A stretch of DNA of 64,000 nt, from positions 4,671-68,670 of the IMG/VR virus record IMGVR_UViG_3300031344_000086; one strand, 5' to 3'. Origin of the DNA: a virus. The translations under genes and the position numbers were made by a program. Below the pieces are notes generated by a model. The model made no database searches. It was given only the letters and a program-made list of their open reading frames with translations, and was not told where the DNA came from. Shown here one piece after another: positions 29,004-39,155 of the stretch (the first letter of the stretch is position 1; each line of letters opens with the position of its first letter).

Positions 29004-29952
29004 TACATTGGAAGTTAAAGATAGTATATCTGATGTAGATTTAAAATCTACATATAAAAAATTAGCGAAACAGTTTCATCCGGATGTGTATAAAACGGAT
29101 ACAGATAAATTTAAAAAAATCAATGAAGCGTATCAGCTTATAACTGACTATCGTAAAAATCCTGAAAAATATAATCCGCCATCACGTAGCCCATTCGGTG
29201 GCGGAGGGTTTAATATTAATTTAAATGATATTTTCAATGCTGGGTTTGGACGATCTAACCAATCTGACACAAATATATCCCCAATAAAGATAGATACAAA
29301 AATATCTTTTAAAGAAAGTGTTCTTGGAGCTGAAAAAGAGATAGCATATAAAAAGACAGTAAAATGCGATGATTGTGATGGTAAAGGTAAAGAAGCAATC
29401 ACCAATGGTTGTAAATCTTGTAATGGTTTTGGTAGGGTCGTACAACAACAGGGCAATATGCACTTCACAAGTGGTTGTAATAAATGTCATGGCAGAGATA
29501 TAAAATTTAAGGATTGTCTTAAGTGTAAATCTAAAGGTGTATTAGAAGTAGATGTTAATGCAAAAATAAACATTCCACCTGGCAACTCAACAACACTTAG
29601 AGTACAAGGGGCTGGTAATTTTATTGGTTCTGGTCCGTTCGGCGATATGTATTCTGATGTTTTGTTAAATGTATCCGTTGAACCAGATGCAGATCTAAAA
29701 TTAGATGGAGCCAACGTTGTATATAATTTACAAATACCGTTAGTTGATGCACTGACAGGATGCAGCGTAGATGTAAAAACTATTTATGATACACGATCCA
29801 TAAATATTCCATCCAAATCGAAAAACAAAGATGAAGTGATAATTAATGGTTGCGGTGTAAAACATGCTAATGGAAATCAGCGTGTTATATTGAATATTGA
29901 TTACGGTAATGTTGATAAGTTGATAGAGTTTCTAAAACAAGAAGGAAAATAA
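28981..29952 (+). CDS. dnaJ: DnaJ chaperone (J domain, G/F region, Zn finger, C domain)
   Basis: HPD motif, FGGGGF, four CxxCxGxG-type repeats. Confidence 0.92.
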   Translation: MNIQEAYNTLEVKDSISDVDLKSTYKKLAKQFHPDVYKTDTDKFKKINEAYQLITDYRKNPEKYNPPSRSPFGGGGFNINLNDIFNAGFGRSNQSDTNISPIKIDTKISFKESVLGAEKEIAYKKTVKCDDCDGKGKEAITNGCKSCNGFGRVVQQQGNMHFTSGCNKCHGRDIKFKDCLKCKSKGVLEVDVNAKINIPPGNSTTLRVQGAGNFIGSGPFGDMYSDVLLNVSVEPDADLKLDGANVVYNLQIPLVDALTGCSVDVKTIYDTRSINIPSKSKNKDEVIINGCGVKHANGNQRVILNIDYGNVDKLIEFLKQEGK

Positions 29953-29955
29953 CAA

Positions 29956-30297
29956 ATGGCATTCAGAACAAATTGCACGACAAAAGGATGTAGGAAAGAC
30001 AACGAGCCCTATTTAAATCCATTAACAATGGAGGTTCATTGCTCAGAGTGTGATGCGCCAATAGCTAACATTCCAATTTTTACAAAAAATTTAATGAAGA
30101 GTCAAGGTCAAGTTAGGAAAGCTGCCAAAGTAGCGTTCAGTGTTCGTTGTGTAAAATGTAAAGTTGAAGCCTTGCCAAAAATATCTGATACGGATAAGCT
30201 CGTGTGTGTTGGTTGTGGAAGCCCGCTAAACGTATCTAAAATATATGAAAACCAAGTTAGAACAATTATTAAAAGTGGCGGTCATCAAGATCTATGA
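29956..30297 (+). CDS. double zinc-ribbon protein
   Basis: Four Cys pairs. Confidence 0.65.
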   Translation: MAFRTNCTTKGCRKDNEPYLNPLTMEVHCSECDAPIANIPIFTKNLMKSQGQVRKAAKVAFSVRCVKCKVEALPKISDTDKLVCVGCGSPLNVSKIYENQVRTIIKSGGHQDL

Positions 30298-30464
30298 GCA
30301 ATGGTAGAGTCTTCAGCGATTACTCAGAAGATGAACAAAAAGAAATGCTAATTCATTTTATTCGAAATGAAGATATAGAAATATGTGCCAAATTAGTAGT
30401 TGAAGTTGAAAAATTATATCCACAGTATTTAGAATTAGTAAATAAATTATTATTATTAAAATGA
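30294..30464 (+). CDS. small hypothetical protein (56 aa); not in the ORF track
   Basis: ATGA-coupled on both sides (30294 and 30461). Confidence 0.55.
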   Translation: MSNGRVFSDYSEDEQKEMLIHFIRNEDIEICAKLVVEVEKLYPQYLELVNKLLLLK

Positions 30465-31204
30465 CAGCATTCGATTCAATTATAAATTGTTGCACTAATC
30501 TTTTACATTCTTTTCCACAAGCTAAAGAAACAGCAGACTATATTCATAGTCGTCTCTCTGAGCGTGCTATCGAAAAGTTTCAATTCGGATATTTTCCAGA
30601 TAACAAAAATCTTGAAGTTCTATCATCATTAGTTGGAGATGAGGTATTAAAGTCTTGTGATTTAATATACGATAAGATTTATAATGGTGAAAAATATCGT
30701 TGTAGTACTATGTCTGATTACAATCTGATTATGCCATATAGAGATGTATATGGTCGTATCATTGGTATTGTTGGTCGTAGTATTCTTTCTGATAATGAAA
30801 GAAAAAATAAAAGCATATCAAAATATAAAAATACACACTTCGCGAAAAGATCTAATCTATTCGGATTAAATTTTGCTAAAAAATCAATTATAAAAAATAA
30901 TCTAGCCATCCTATGCGAAGGTCAGATAGATGTGATTCAATCATCAGATAAAGGATTGGAGCATATTGTTGCGTTGGGGTCATCAGGAATGGCATTCGAA
31001 CAAGTAGCATTATTGATGAGATATACAAATAATATAATTTTACTACTTGATAATGATGATGCTGGGCAAACCGGTGCAAATAAAATTATACAAAATTACG
31101 GTAGGTATGCGAATTTTAGAAAAGCGCATTTACCAGATGGATTTAATGATTTAGATCAGTTTTTTATGGAAAATGACTTAAAGGATTTAGAGTTGGCTCT
31201 TTAA
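30461..31204 (+). CDS. dnaG: DnaG primase catalytic core (no zinc-binding or helicase-binding domain)
   Basis: FGYFP, IMPYRD..GRIIGIVGR, KYKNT, LFGL, TOPRIM CEGQID, LDNDDAG, DLD. Confidence 0.88.
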   Translation: MTAFDSIINCCTNLLHSFPQAKETADYIHSRLSERAIEKFQFGYFPDNKNLEVLSSLVGDEVLKSCDLIYDKIYNGEKYRCSTMSDYNLIMPYRDVYGRIIGIVGRSILSDNERKNKSISKYKNTHFAKRSNLFGLNFAKKSIIKNNLAILCEGQIDVIQSSDKGLEHIVALGSSGMAFEQVALLMRYTNNIILLLDNDDAGQTGANKIIQNYGRYANFRKAHLPDGFNDLDQFFMENDLKDLELAL

Positions 31205-31292
31205 AATAAAAATAGTATAATACATAATTCATGATATATATTAGATGGTTAGTCAAATTGATTAATCATCTTTTTTATTTTGGAGACAAAAC

Positions 31293-31766
31293 ATGAGTGA
31301 AAAACGAGCGAATAGAAGTAATGCTTACCAGCATTTATTCGGAGAGGTGTTGGTTGCTATGGAAACATTAGAGGCATTCCATGAAGATGCCAGTATATAT
31401 AAACGCTTAAATCCACATGAATATAATGAAGCAGTAGCTGAGCTTGAAGAACAATTACGTATTGAGTTTTGGAGACTTGTGAATGATAATCTAACGCCAA
31501 GACAAAAACAAGTTATAGAATTAGTTAGTCTTCAGAAATTGACTCAACAAGAAGCAGCTAAGATCCTTGGGGTTAATCAAAGCTCTATAACTAAATCGCT
31601 GCATGGCAATGTTGATTATAGTAAAAGAGATGAGAATAATAAAAAAACTAAGATTGTGTATGGCGGATCTCTCAGGAGAATACGTAAATTAGCATTAGAA
31701 GATGAAAAAATCAAATTAATATTACAACAGATATCTGATCTACGTGAAGAGACTTGGACTAAATAA
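31293..31766 (+). CDS. sigma-70 region-4-like HTH transcription factor (candidate late regulator)
   Basis: LTPRQKQVIEL....LTQQEAAKILGVNQSSITK; sits at the replication/structure boundary. Confidence 0.75.
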   Translation: MSEKRANRSNAYQHLFGEVLVAMETLEAFHEDASIYKRLNPHEYNEAVAELEEQLRIEFWRLVNDNLTPRQKQVIELVSLQKLTQQEAAKILGVNQSSITKSLHGNVDYSKRDENNKKTKIVYGGSLRRIRKLALEDEKIKLILQQISDLREETWTK

Positions 31767-31835
31767 TACAATTTTTGGTATAATCCACTAATAATCCACT
31801 ATTATTTTAGTATACCTTTTAAGGAAACCACAAAA

Positions 31836-32306
31836 ATGGCTAATTTTTCTATTGATTATAATAACTTTCATAAAACCGTTAGTAATAAAACCTATCGTCT
31901 AGATGAGGTAAAACATAGATTAGAGAAGGTGGCGTTTGATGTGGTACGATTTAAAGATTCTGTAGATCCAGAAGAGTTATGGCAAATTCAGAGTGCAGAT
32001 GATGGACAATTTATAGTTGCTCGTTATTCAGAAGAAGCTGGTGAAACTAAAAAAGCGTCCAAAGATAAAACTTGGGATGTACTTGTATCACAAGCCGGAT
32101 ATATTCATTTATATTATTGTGGAACACCTCTGGCTAAGTTTTCTGCAACTGACTTAGGGCTATCAACAGAAGATCTTTCGACAGTCAAGCGTTTCCTACC
32201 TGAAAAATTAGCAACAGATAAGGCATTCGTAAAAGCTCTCATATCGACATTAGATGGTAATACAGAACAAAGTATTCTACAATCATTCCCAGAGATACTT
32301 CAATAA
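31836..32306 (+). CDS. hypothetical head-module protein
   Basis: ORF with late-type promoter; K-x-A motifs (EKVAF, KKAS). Confidence 0.7.
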   Translation: MANFSIDYNNFHKTVSNKTYRLDEVKHRLEKVAFDVVRFKDSVDPEELWQIQSADDGQFIVARYSEEAGETKKASKDKTWDVLVSQAGYIHLYYCGTPLAKFSATDLGLSTEDLSTVKRFLPEKLATDKAFVKALISTLDGNTEQSILQSFPEILQ

Positions 32307-32317
32307 CAGGCAAACAA

Positions 32318-33943
32318 ATGGACTTCAATCAGATCAAAAATATTGCTTCTTCGCTATCGAAAACAATAGATGATAATGAAAAAATACTTCTATCATCTTT
32401 CGCAGAAAAGCTATCTCAAGCATCTGAAGCATATCCAGAAGATCAGACAATCGGAGTAATGGCAAATGTAGTAGCAAGAATGACTGGTGGTAAAAAATTA
32501 TTTATTACAAAAGCAGAAGTAAAAGATTTATATAAAAGATTGTATTCAAGAAATACAAAGTTTGCAGAAGTATTCTCAGGTGAATTAGGACAGGTAGAAA
32601 AACTAGCAACTCCAAAAACATATAATAGAGATAATATAGAAAATCTTTCCTTAGTAAAAGAGGCTTTTGAAAAAGTAGTTGATCCAACATTGGCTAATGC
32701 ATTAGATAGTATTTTTGGTAATACCGTTCGTGGTAATACAGAAGCATCAGTAAAAGTAGCCGAATCCGTGTGTACACGCGCGTGTGCAAGTGTAAAGTTA
32801 GCTTCCAAAATTAATGTTGTGAATGGTGATAATAGTTTTATTATATGTCAAGCATCTTTTGAAACACCAAAAGGAATGACATCAGTATTGATTCCAATAG
32901 AAATAGTAGCAGGAAAAGCATTACTCCCAACAGTTTTCGTAGGAAATACTGGGCCAGAAGATTTTTCTAAATCGAATTTAGAAACATACATAGCAACGAA
33001 TGCTGGTAAAAAACTAGCTGTTTCGGATAAATTAGTTCTTCAAGCAGTTAAAAATACAAAAGAAAATGATATCGAAAAAATTAGCAGCGTCGATATGGCA
33101 TTGATAAAATTAAATTCAGAAAAAGATACAAAATCAGATTATTTTACAAATAATATTTTATATCAAAATGCCGAAGTAGAAAATAAAAACTTAGTTGTAA
33201 ATACACCAAAATATCAAGATAAAGATATGGAATCATTCGCCAAAGCTTTTGATTCAGCGGTTGGTGTTGCAAACTTCTCAATTGGCAAAGATAAAGTAGA
33301 TAACGGAAGAAAAGTTATATCTAATAAATTAAATAGTTTCGGGCTAAAAAGCCATCAAATATCAGTATTTAGTAGTGATGAAAAATCAATAACATATGCA
33401 GTATCAGTAAATAGTGGTCGATTAGCTTTCCGTGTTCCAGTTAGTATAGAAGATAATAAGGTTGTTCAACCTAATATTATGATCGTAGCAGGAATGGTCG
33501 AGTCTTTTTCAAAAGATGGAATTAATTCAATAAACAAAAAAGAAGCAAAAGATTACAAAACAGCAGCAGTTGCTTCTGCGTTGTATGGATTAAAAGCAAG
33601 CGAGCTCGTACAGATTGTTCGTGAAGCAGTATCAGAAAGTAATCTAGATAAAGCAGAAGACGCATTAAATGTGCTATCAGAAGCAGGTGATGATAAGGCA
33701 TATCAAACAGCATTCACAGAATATACAAATGGATTAGGCATAAATAAAGTTGCAGATCAAAAAACTACTTGTAAAATGGTAGTAAAGAATGCTTCAAGTA
33801 AACATGAACAATGCGGGCATACAGGACTTCCGTTGCATAAAGTCTATCAGGATAAGAACGGAGATTGCCATCCTAACTATCGTCGTGGAATGGATGATAC
33901 ATATGAAGGCGCATATTTACAAAACTCAAAAATATTCTTTTAG
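32318..33943 (+). CDS. hypothetical head-module protein with internal duplicated domain
   Basis: Two similar segments (SVLIPIEIVAGKALLPTVFVG / AFRVPVSIEDNKVVQPNIMIV); C-terminal Cys/His cluster. Confidence 0.7.
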   Translation: MDFNQIKNIASSLSKTIDDNEKILLSSFAEKLSQASEAYPEDQTIGVMANVVARMTGGKKLFITKAEVKDLYKRLYSRNTKFAEVFSGELGQVEKLATPKTYNRDNIENLSLVKEAFEKVVDPTLANALDSIFGNTVRGNTEASVKVAESVCTRACASVKLASKINVVNGDNSFIICQASFETPKGMTSVLIPIEIVAGKALLPTVFVGNTGPEDFSKSNLETYIATNAGKKLAVSDKLVLQAVKNTKENDIEKISSVDMALIKLNSEKDTKSDYFTNNILYQNAEVENKNLVVNTPKYQDKDMESFAKAFDSAVGVANFSIGKDKVDNGRKVISNKLNSFGLKSHQISVFSSDEKSITYAVSVNSGRLAFRVPVSIEDNKVVQPNIMIVAGMVESFSKDGINSINKKEAKDYKTAAVASALYGLKASELVQIVREAVSESNLDKAEDALNVLSEAGDDKAYQTAFTEYTNGLGINKVADQKTTCKMVVKNASSKHEQCGHTGLPLHKVYQDKNGDCHPNYRRGMDDTYEGAYLQNSKIFF

Positions 33944-33952
33944 AGGAAACAA

Positions 33953-34660
33953 ATGAAACTATCGGAAAAACTATTATTGGTTGCTAGCTGGCTTGAAAGT
34001 TCAGAAAACGATCTTTTGGTAAATGCTGAACATGATGAAAATTGTCTTAGTGTTGTTGCTAGTTCGTTAGTAAAAGCAGCAGATGCAATAAAAGAAGGTG
34101 CCGAAGAAGTTAGTAAGGTTGAACCAGAAACCGATATAACATCAGAAAAACTTGATGAACTAGCTGCCGTCGCCGCGGCTTTTGATGAAAGTGGTGATGA
34201 ATTACTTATGAAACAAGCAAGCGTTCTTGATGAAATACTATTGACCTTCGCTGCTCCCAAAAACGCAGTGGCTGCCGCAAAACAAATGGAAGATGATAGA
34301 ATTGAACAACTAAAAAAAAAGTATAAGGATCCAAAAGTAAAACAAGACGAAATGAATAAAGTTTCAGATTCGATTAAAGATATTGAGAAGAGTCCGACTT
34401 ATAAGAAGTATCGTGTTTTGGAAGCCCCGTTAAGTACGAGAACATGTCCAGATCATGCAGGGGCACAGTTGGCTCGTGTGGGCGAGCACAGATGGCAATG
34501 CTGTATGGATCATAAAGTATATGATTATGATACTGGATTTACTACATTAGATGGAGATCGTGTGAGTGGCGGTTCGGTATCAGAACAAACTAAAGTTATG
34601 CAACACGAAAATGCACACACTGTATTCGATACAAGAAATCAAAGATTAGGACAAGAATAA
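33953..34660 (+). CDS. hypothetical head-module protein
   Basis: Helical 'AAAFDESG...ASVLD' module; C-terminal CPDH...C. Confidence 0.7.
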   Translation: MKLSEKLLLVASWLESSENDLLVNAEHDENCLSVVASSLVKAADAIKEGAEEVSKVEPETDITSEKLDELAAVAAAFDESGDELLMKQASVLDEILLTFAAPKNAVAAAKQMEDDRIEQLKKKYKDPKVKQDEMNKVSDSIKDIEKSPTYKKYRVLEAPLSTRTCPDHAGAQLARVGEHRWQCCMDHKVYDYDTGFTTLDGDRVSGGSVSEQTKVMQHENAHTVFDTRNQRLGQE

Positions 34661-34688
34661 TTTTTTGTTGATATATTAGTAAGTTATA

Positions 34689-35438
34689 ATGGTAAAAAAT
34701 AAAGAAAATATAGCTAAAAGATTTTTAGATCATCCAGATCGAGAAGAGATAGTAAGTAAATTACTCGCTGGAACACCATCATCTGATATATCTGAATGGT
34801 TAAAAGCTAAATATAACCCATTAACCGAGAAAAAGTTTATTTTTTCAGAAAAGTATATAACATCATTTAAAGATGAGTATCTTGATTTTTATACCATTAT
34901 GAGACAGGATTTAGATAAAACTAAATCTAATATAACTGCATCAGAGCAAATGCAAATAGAGCTTCAAGGGACACCCGCATATCATAAAGCATTGGAAAAA
35001 TATACTGATAGCGAGGTCGATATTAAACTAATAGTAAAAAAGCTAGTTGTAAATGCTGAAACACGTATATCACAAATGTTTGATATTATTCAAAGTGATC
35101 CTGAAAACTTCCGTTCGGACAGAACTCTTCTTGAATGGTTCTCAACACTTGCCGGCATACTCGAAAAATATGACTCCATACTTAATGGTTCTCCCGATCA
35201 AATAAATATACAAAATAATATAAATATACAGGTGGTTGATGATCATATAAATGTCATCTTTAATATAATTAAAGAAATACTTACAAAATTAGATTATGAT
35301 ACATCCCTTATTTTTATAGATATGTATAACGAAGAAATTAAAAAAATAAAGTCCTCATCTCATCCGCAATTACCGGTTGAAACAAGATTAAAAGAGGCAA
35401 CAATGTTAAGTGAAACTATCAGTGAAAAGTTAGAATAA
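34689..35438 (+). CDS. hypothetical protein with N-terminal HTH-like region (small-terminase candidate)
   Basis: HPDREEIVSKLLAG...DISEWL followed by helical oligomerisation-like segments; the function is inference. Confidence 0.4.
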   Translation: MVKNKENIAKRFLDHPDREEIVSKLLAGTPSSDISEWLKAKYNPLTEKKFIFSEKYITSFKDEYLDFYTIMRQDLDKTKSNITASEQMQIELQGTPAYHKALEKYTDSEVDIKLIVKKLVVNAETRISQMFDIIQSDPENFRSDRTLLEWFSTLAGILEKYDSILNGSPDQINIQNNINIQVVDDHINVIFNIIKEILTKLDYDTSLIFIDMYNEEIKKIKSSSHPQLPVETRLKEATMLSETISEKLE

Positions 35439-35461
35439 TAGCCATTATTCAACATATAGCT

Positions 35462-37150
35462 ATGAAGCACGCGTTTCCAAATTTTTCTGATTCTCAGCCT
35501 GTTCAGCCAGTCTATAATCTAAATAGATGGATGGTGGCTATGAAGGATATCTATATTAGAACACACCTTGGTGCTTCAAAAAACGAAGCTGTTGCTATGA
35601 TAACTGCTGGTTGGGAACCTATGGAAAAAAATGATTTTCTAAATTGGATGAAGTATTATGAATCTGGTGATCATAAAAAATACAAAAAAGCTCAAAATGC
35701 TTACTATGTAAATGAAGATACTAATTATTTTCTTCCTAATCCAAAAATGGTGCCACCAAGTCCAATTCGTACTATAAACGAAAATATATCAAACGCTCCA
35801 CAAGAAGCAGCAAATGCCGCTGCCAAACAAAAAAGCGAAGAAGAAAAACGACAATCGGTTGAAGATTTACGAAGAAAAATACTTGGTAGGCTTAATTCTG
35901 CTGAAAAGCTTTTAAGCTCGCAACAAGGTCATATGTTTGCCGGAGCTGATTTTGAAAGACTTCTTACTGCTATTTTTGAGTTGAAAAAACAAATCCAGAT
36001 AGTAAATAAAGTATCAACAGCATCATTACAAACCGTTGTAGATTTAATTGTCAGACAGGCAAATATACTTAGCCGTGAAGGCTATAATGGTGCAAGTTCT
36101 TTTATGGTAAAGCTTGCTCAGCAAACTCCTGGTGATATGAGTATAAATCTTGGAGATATACCTGCTGGTGGTAGTCAGCCACAAGGTGGCGGTAGTCTTG
36201 GCAACAACACTCCTGATGTTATGCAGCCATTACCAGGCGGTGCTCCTGAACAAAAAACTATCACAGAGGACAGTGCGGTTGGTAAATTTATTGATAATTT
36301 AGAAGACTCCGGTATTACTGATACAGTTGATGAGGAAGAGGCAGCTGATAAAGCACAAGTAGATGATTCAAATGAAGTAGAAATTGATAATGATGTATTT
36401 ATGGATCATGAGATTGTGCCAGAAGGTAAAGATGATCTTGTTGTTGAAGCACAAGCCGTTCATCAACCAGATGTTGTACGAGATTCTCCGCCTGCACAAA
36501 AAAAACCAACTGATGATTCTGAAACAGAAAAACCAGGTAAAAATGTTGCTCCAGGTATAACTCCCGAAAATGTAAATCAACCACCAAGTGTTGAAAATAC
36601 TAAAACAGATTTTGATGCTATATTAGATAGTGCTTTTGCTAATCTAACAGTTCAAGATGTTATAAACAAACTTGAACAAGTTAATAATGTATTTAGAACC
36701 AGAGAAATACCACGACAATTAGCAGTATGCGATCTTATGTTGTCAAGACTTGGGCTTGCACAATACTTCCCTCAACTCGGTGAAAGTATTAATAAAAGCC
36801 TTGATAGCGGGCAATACGCGCTTGTTCGTATCGATGAGATATTGTCTAAATTAAGAGGATCAGTTAAATCACCAGAACTTGATCTTGAAGGTAATAATCA
36901 AAAAACTCCACCTAATGCTGAGGCAGTTAAATCTAATCTTCAACAACAAGAGCAAAAAGAAAAACAACGCAAAGACGTTAAGAAACAACTTGCCGATCAA
37001 TCAGATATGGAAAAAGCAACTAAGCCAGAAGGAGCAGTTGAAGGAGCTCCACAAGAATTGGCAGCGCAACCAATTGAAGTTGAATCTCCTGCACCAGAAG
37101 CAGCGGCTCCAGCGCCAGCACCTAAACCAGCAGCGGCACCAACGGTATAA
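35462..37150 (+). CDS. hypothetical head-module protein with acidic/Pro-rich linkers
   Basis: 562 aa; KKAQ and KLAQ motifs. Confidence 0.7.
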   Translation: MKHAFPNFSDSQPVQPVYNLNRWMVAMKDIYIRTHLGASKNEAVAMITAGWEPMEKNDFLNWMKYYESGDHKKYKKAQNAYYVNEDTNYFLPNPKMVPPSPIRTINENISNAPQEAANAAAKQKSEEEKRQSVEDLRRKILGRLNSAEKLLSSQQGHMFAGADFERLLTAIFELKKQIQIVNKVSTASLQTVVDLIVRQANILSREGYNGASSFMVKLAQQTPGDMSINLGDIPAGGSQPQGGGSLGNNTPDVMQPLPGGAPEQKTITEDSAVGKFIDNLEDSGITDTVDEEEAADKAQVDDSNEVEIDNDVFMDHEIVPEGKDDLVVEAQAVHQPDVVRDSPPAQKKPTDDSETEKPGKNVAPGITPENVNQPPSVENTKTDFDAILDSAFANLTVQDVINKLEQVNNVFRTREIPRQLAVCDLMLSRLGLAQYFPQLGESINKSLDSGQYALVRIDEILSKLRGSVKSPELDLEGNNQKTPPNAEAVKSNLQQQEQKEKQRKDVKKQLADQSDMEKATKPEGAVEGAPQELAAQPIEVESPAPEAAAPAPAPKPAAAPTV

Positions 37151-37159
37151 AGGAAGTGA

Positions 37160-38077
37160 ATGAAACTTCGCGACCTTTTAAGTCTAATCAAAAAAGTCGG
37201 TGATGCTAACGGCATTCCAAATTGTTTTATTGTTGGAGGAACTCCACGCGATAAGATGCTCAATCTTTTGAAACCTGATGAGCTGAATGATCTTGATTTA
37301 ACTACTGGTAATAAATTAATTCATAACTTGGCAACAGAAGTTAATATTGAATTAAAGAAACATTATAATATAGAAGTAAAGAAGGCAGATGATGGGCATA
37401 CTTCTGTTGTGTTTCCAGGTAATCAGTTTAAATTAGATTTTAGCAGCAATTTTATTATACCAAAAATAAATCTTCACCTGCATCAACTTGGTATTAAAAA
37501 TCCTACTGATTTAGATCGAGAGATGTTTTCAAGAGATTTTTATTGTAATACATTACTAATGACATTAGATTTGAAAAAAATCAAAGATCCTACCCATCAA
37601 GGTATTAAAGATATAAAAAATAAAATTATAAGAACTTGTCTTGATCCAGATACGACATTCAGATATAATACTAATCGTATTATTCGCGTAGTATATCTAT
37701 CAGCAAAACTTGACTTCGATGTAGATCCAGAAATTATAAAATGGATATCTAAAAACAAAGATATGGTTAGACTATCACCTGATGGGTATCTAAAAAAGAA
37801 TCTTGATAAGGCTATGAAGAAAAATCCTGAACGGGCGGTAGCGGTTATTAATGCAACTAATTTATGGGATGCTATTCCTATAACGGAAGAGCTACAACCA
37901 TATTATGCAAAAAGAACTTCGGTAGTAAAATCATCGCAATTAAAACGCAACTATGATTATGGTGAAGGTTTATATATGAACCTTGATAAATATGATAGCG
38001 TAGCAGATTTTCGTAAGAAACGAATGAAAAAGCGTAAAAAAATATTACAAAAATTAAAGGATATGAAACTAAAATGA
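37160..38077 (+). CDS. class II CCA-adding/poly(A) polymerase-family nucleotidyltransferase (no HD domain)
   Basis: IVGGTPRD...DLDL (motif A), SRDF, DPT..GIKDI, NRIIR. Confidence 0.85.
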   Translation: MKLRDLLSLIKKVGDANGIPNCFIVGGTPRDKMLNLLKPDELNDLDLTTGNKLIHNLATEVNIELKKHYNIEVKKADDGHTSVVFPGNQFKLDFSSNFIIPKINLHLHQLGIKNPTDLDREMFSRDFYCNTLLMTLDLKKIKDPTHQGIKDIKNKIIRTCLDPDTTFRYNTNRIIRVVYLSAKLDFDVDPEIIKWISKNKDMVRLSPDGYLKKNLDKAMKKNPERAVAVINATNLWDAIPITEELQPYYAKRTSVVKSSQLKRNYDYGEGLYMNLDKYDSVADFRKKRMKKRKKILQKLKDMKLK

Positions 38078-38586
38078 AATATTCTAAATTATTGGAAGAT
38101 GCTAAATTATTTTGTAAAATTGCTTCAATGACATTAGAGCAGGCATATGCCATTATTGGTGTCCCCCAAAGTTCATCAAAAGATGAAATAAATAAAGCAT
38201 ATAAAAGACAGATGCGTCAATATCATCCAGATATTAATCCTTCACCAGAGGCAAAAATAAAAAGTGTAGAATTAAATGCAGCAAGAGAATTATTACTTAA
38301 TCCAGAAAGACAAGGGATTGCCGGTGATATGATGCGACAAAACGAAAATCTTCGTGATGATATAGATGATATCTTAAAAAGAGAACAAGAAAAAGCAGAT
38401 GCTTGGGTAGAAGATATTAGGGAAAAACGAAAAGAATATGATGAATGGGCAAGTGGTAAATTAAAAACAAAAGATCTTAAATATCCAGATAATATAGAAA
38501 ATGCTAAAAGACTTGAAGAACGAGAAAAAGAATATAAAAGAAAACGAAAAGAAGAATTAAAACAACAAAAATTTAAAAAAATCTAA
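38074..38586 (+). CDS. J-domain protein with short N-terminal leader
   Basis: AYAIIGV...EINKAYKRQMRQYHPDIN...LNAARELL. Confidence 0.85.
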   Translation: MKYSKLLEDAKLFCKIASMTLEQAYAIIGVPQSSSKDEINKAYKRQMRQYHPDINPSPEAKIKSVELNAARELLLNPERQGIAGDMMRQNENLRDDIDDILKREQEKADAWVEDIREKRKEYDEWASGKLKTKDLKYPDNIENAKRLEEREKEYKRKRKEELKQQKFKKI

Positions 38587-38593
38587 AAATAAA

Positions 38594-39115
38594 ATGAACC
38601 GACTTCAACAACTCCTCCAAAAATATTCCTACAACGAACCATACGAAAGTGAGTTTGGGTTCGAGGGTAGTCCATACTTCCACCGAGGAGATGAGTCATT
38701 ACCATATAATCAATATATTCCATTGGGCGAATCCACAATGGAAAAGCCGCAAGATTTAGATAGAATGGAAAATCATGGAAAAGATGGAAAAGAGTTTCCT
38801 GAATTTAAAGAGTTTGATAATAGAAAAGATAAAAGGCTCAAACGCTTGAAACTATTACGAAAACTTATGCAAGAAAAGAAAAATCCAACCTTCACCCCAG
38901 CACAATTTTCACCATCACAATATAGTAGTATGACTGGTTTTGAAGGTATGAATGCATTCACTGGTGGTTATTACGATGCTACATTAGGTGATAACACAGA
39001 TACATTCGTTAATCCTTGGAATAATATCTACCAATCGGCAAGTAATACAATAGAAGAACGAATAAAATTGAGATCGTTATTTTTCAATAATTTTGTTAAA
39101 AATACAGCACTATGA
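38594..39115 (+). CDS. hypothetical protein (aromatic/low-complexity with basic helices)
   Basis: 173-aa ORF. Confidence 0.65.
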   Translation: MNRLQQLLQKYSYNEPYESEFGFEGSPYFHRGDESLPYNQYIPLGESTMEKPQDLDRMENHGKDGKEFPEFKEFDNRKDKRLKRLKLLRKLMQEKKNPTFTPAQFSPSQYSSMTGFEGMNAFTGGYYDATLGDNTDTFVNPWNNIYQSASNTIEERIKLRSLFFNNFVKNTAL

Positions 39116-39155
39116 ATAATTTAGCATACGGTATATCCCCATTTTGAGGTAAATA

